64,000 nt of DNA. Source: Candidatus Micrarchaeota archaeon (lineage in GTDB: Archaea; Micrarchaeota; Micrarchaeia; Micrarchaeales; CABMGC01). The translations under genes were made by a program, and so were the position numbers. The notes under the pieces were generated by a model. The model was not told the origin of the DNA and made no database searches. It saw only the letters and a list, made by a program, of their open reading frames with translations. Below are positions 63,235 to 64,000 of the stretch, in pieces; position 1 is the first letter of the stretch; every line of letters starts with the position of its first letter. The DNA lies in contig JAJZZD010000001.1 in NCBI GenBank assembly GCA_021797745.1, forward strand, positions 197,459 to 261,458, read 5' to 3'.

Positions 63235-64000
63235 ATGGGTATAGCAAAGATTCTAGCGGGTTTTCCATGGCGCAAGGAAACGCGTCAAATAGGAAAAGGA
63301 ATCAGCACAACTAATTATTATACAACTGAAAATAGCCCAGATGCAGAGGAAAACTCAGGTGTGACTCCGGCAGTAGGAAAAGGCGAAGAAACGAAAACGG
63401 GCAACGTTATAGTTTTCGATACAGAAACATGCGGCCTTTCTCCTGACAAAAACGGTATTATCGCGTTAGGCGCGGTAAATCTCAGGACTGGCGAAACATT
63501 TTACGAGACTTGCCGTGTTGACCCAGGCACAATAATAGACCCACGTGCCCTGGCAGTCAACGGATTCAAAGAGCATGAGGCAAAGGACCCGACAAAGGAA
63601 ACGACAAAGGAACTGATAGAGCATTTCATAGCATGGTGCAAAGCCCAGAACGCCACTACACTAGCGGGCTACAACGTTGAATTCGATTTAAGGTTCCTTG
63701 CGCATGCCATGTTCAAATACGGCATAGACTGGCAGGGCAATCTGCCTATGCAATATGTGGATGCGGCAAAAGTGTATATGGAAGAGGTTTACAACAATGC
63801 ATCTCCAGATGTGCGTTCTGCACTGCGAAACGACATAATAAATGAATGGTCAGCGCTTCCGATAGGTTCTAAAGCGAAGCTAGACTTTGGATTAAAAAGC
63901 ATGCTTAAATCAGATGCCGGGGCTGGAGCGCGCCTCGGCTTAGGAGGCGGCGCGCACCTCTCGTTCTCTTTCACCAACGCGCAGTTCAAGAGCGCGTTGA
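63235..64000 (+). CDS. DEDD-family 3-5 exonuclease (DnaQ/RNase T-like), partial (runs off window end)
   Basis: Own translation from ATG at 63235: MGIAKILAGFPW...GNVIVFDTETCGLSPDKNGIIALGAV (Exo I)...LAGYNVEFDLRFL (Exo II). The frame stays open to 64000. It is absent from the ORF track because there is no stop. Confidence 0.7.
   Translation, partial: MGIAKILAGFPWRKETRQIGKGISTTNYYTTENSPDAEENSGVTPAVGKGEETKTGNVIVFDTETCGLSPDKNGIIALGAVNLRTGETFYETCRVDPGTIIDPRALAVNGFKEHEAKDPTKETTKELIEHFIAWCKAQNATTLAGYNVEFDLRFLAHAMFKYGIDWQGNLPMQYVDAAKVYMEEVYNNASPDVRSALRNDIINEWSALPIGSKAKLDFGLKSMLKSDAGAGARLGLGGGAHLSFSFTNAQFKSAL

Overview
This window is a gene-dense archaeal chromosomal segment with short or overlapping gene junctions and TATA-like boxes about 30 nt upstream of starts. 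Archaeal markers are an A-type ATP synthase operon in H-I-K-E-C-F-A-B-D order, EF-1alpha plus S10, Spt5 plus L11, L10e, Dph2 and Dph6, archaeal-type SAM synthetase, ThrRS, ArgRS, Sec61-beta, class III (pilin-type) signal peptides and intron-containing tRNAs. The small-genome style suggests a DPANN-like lineage, but I cannot establish taxonomy from the sequence alone. No rRNA genes or CRISPR arrays were seen. The main accessory content is as follows. (1) An eight-gene same-strand operon at 12854-17981 encodes a VirB2/TrbC-like pilin candidate, a polytopic VirB6/CedA-like membrane protein, a split VirB4/HerA-like ATPase and four orphan proteins. I read it as a compact Ced/Ted-type (type IV secretion-like) translocation system lying between rpl10e and tuf, with no relaxase or integrase in the window. 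This is my best candidate for the undescribed system. (2) An 888-aa pilin-leader protein carries a six-blade Kelch-like repeat array between Ser/Thr linkers. A second small pilin follows, and a 424-bp IS remnant with inverted repeats lies between the two. (3) Two tandem Cys-rich micro-ORFs fall below the ORF-track cutoff; one is metallothionein-like. (4) There are three tRNAs: Ser(UGA) with a canonical intron, Arg(CCU) with an intron inside the T-loop next to argS, and Val(UAC) whose 3-prime end is part of a 54-bp direct repeat that brackets an orphan gene next to two toxin-antitoxin pairs. (5) A CysD/CysN-like operon has an RHH regulator. (6) Mevalonate and isoprenoid genes are present: IPK, two prenyl synthases and a long HMG-CoA synthase. 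Several gene remnants are also present: a RelE pseudogene, a truncated PduO-type adenosyltransferase and a disrupted K-channel-like gene. All functional calls rest on motif recognition in the translations, with no database search. Coordinates of features I translated by hand are exact as far as my counting allows.
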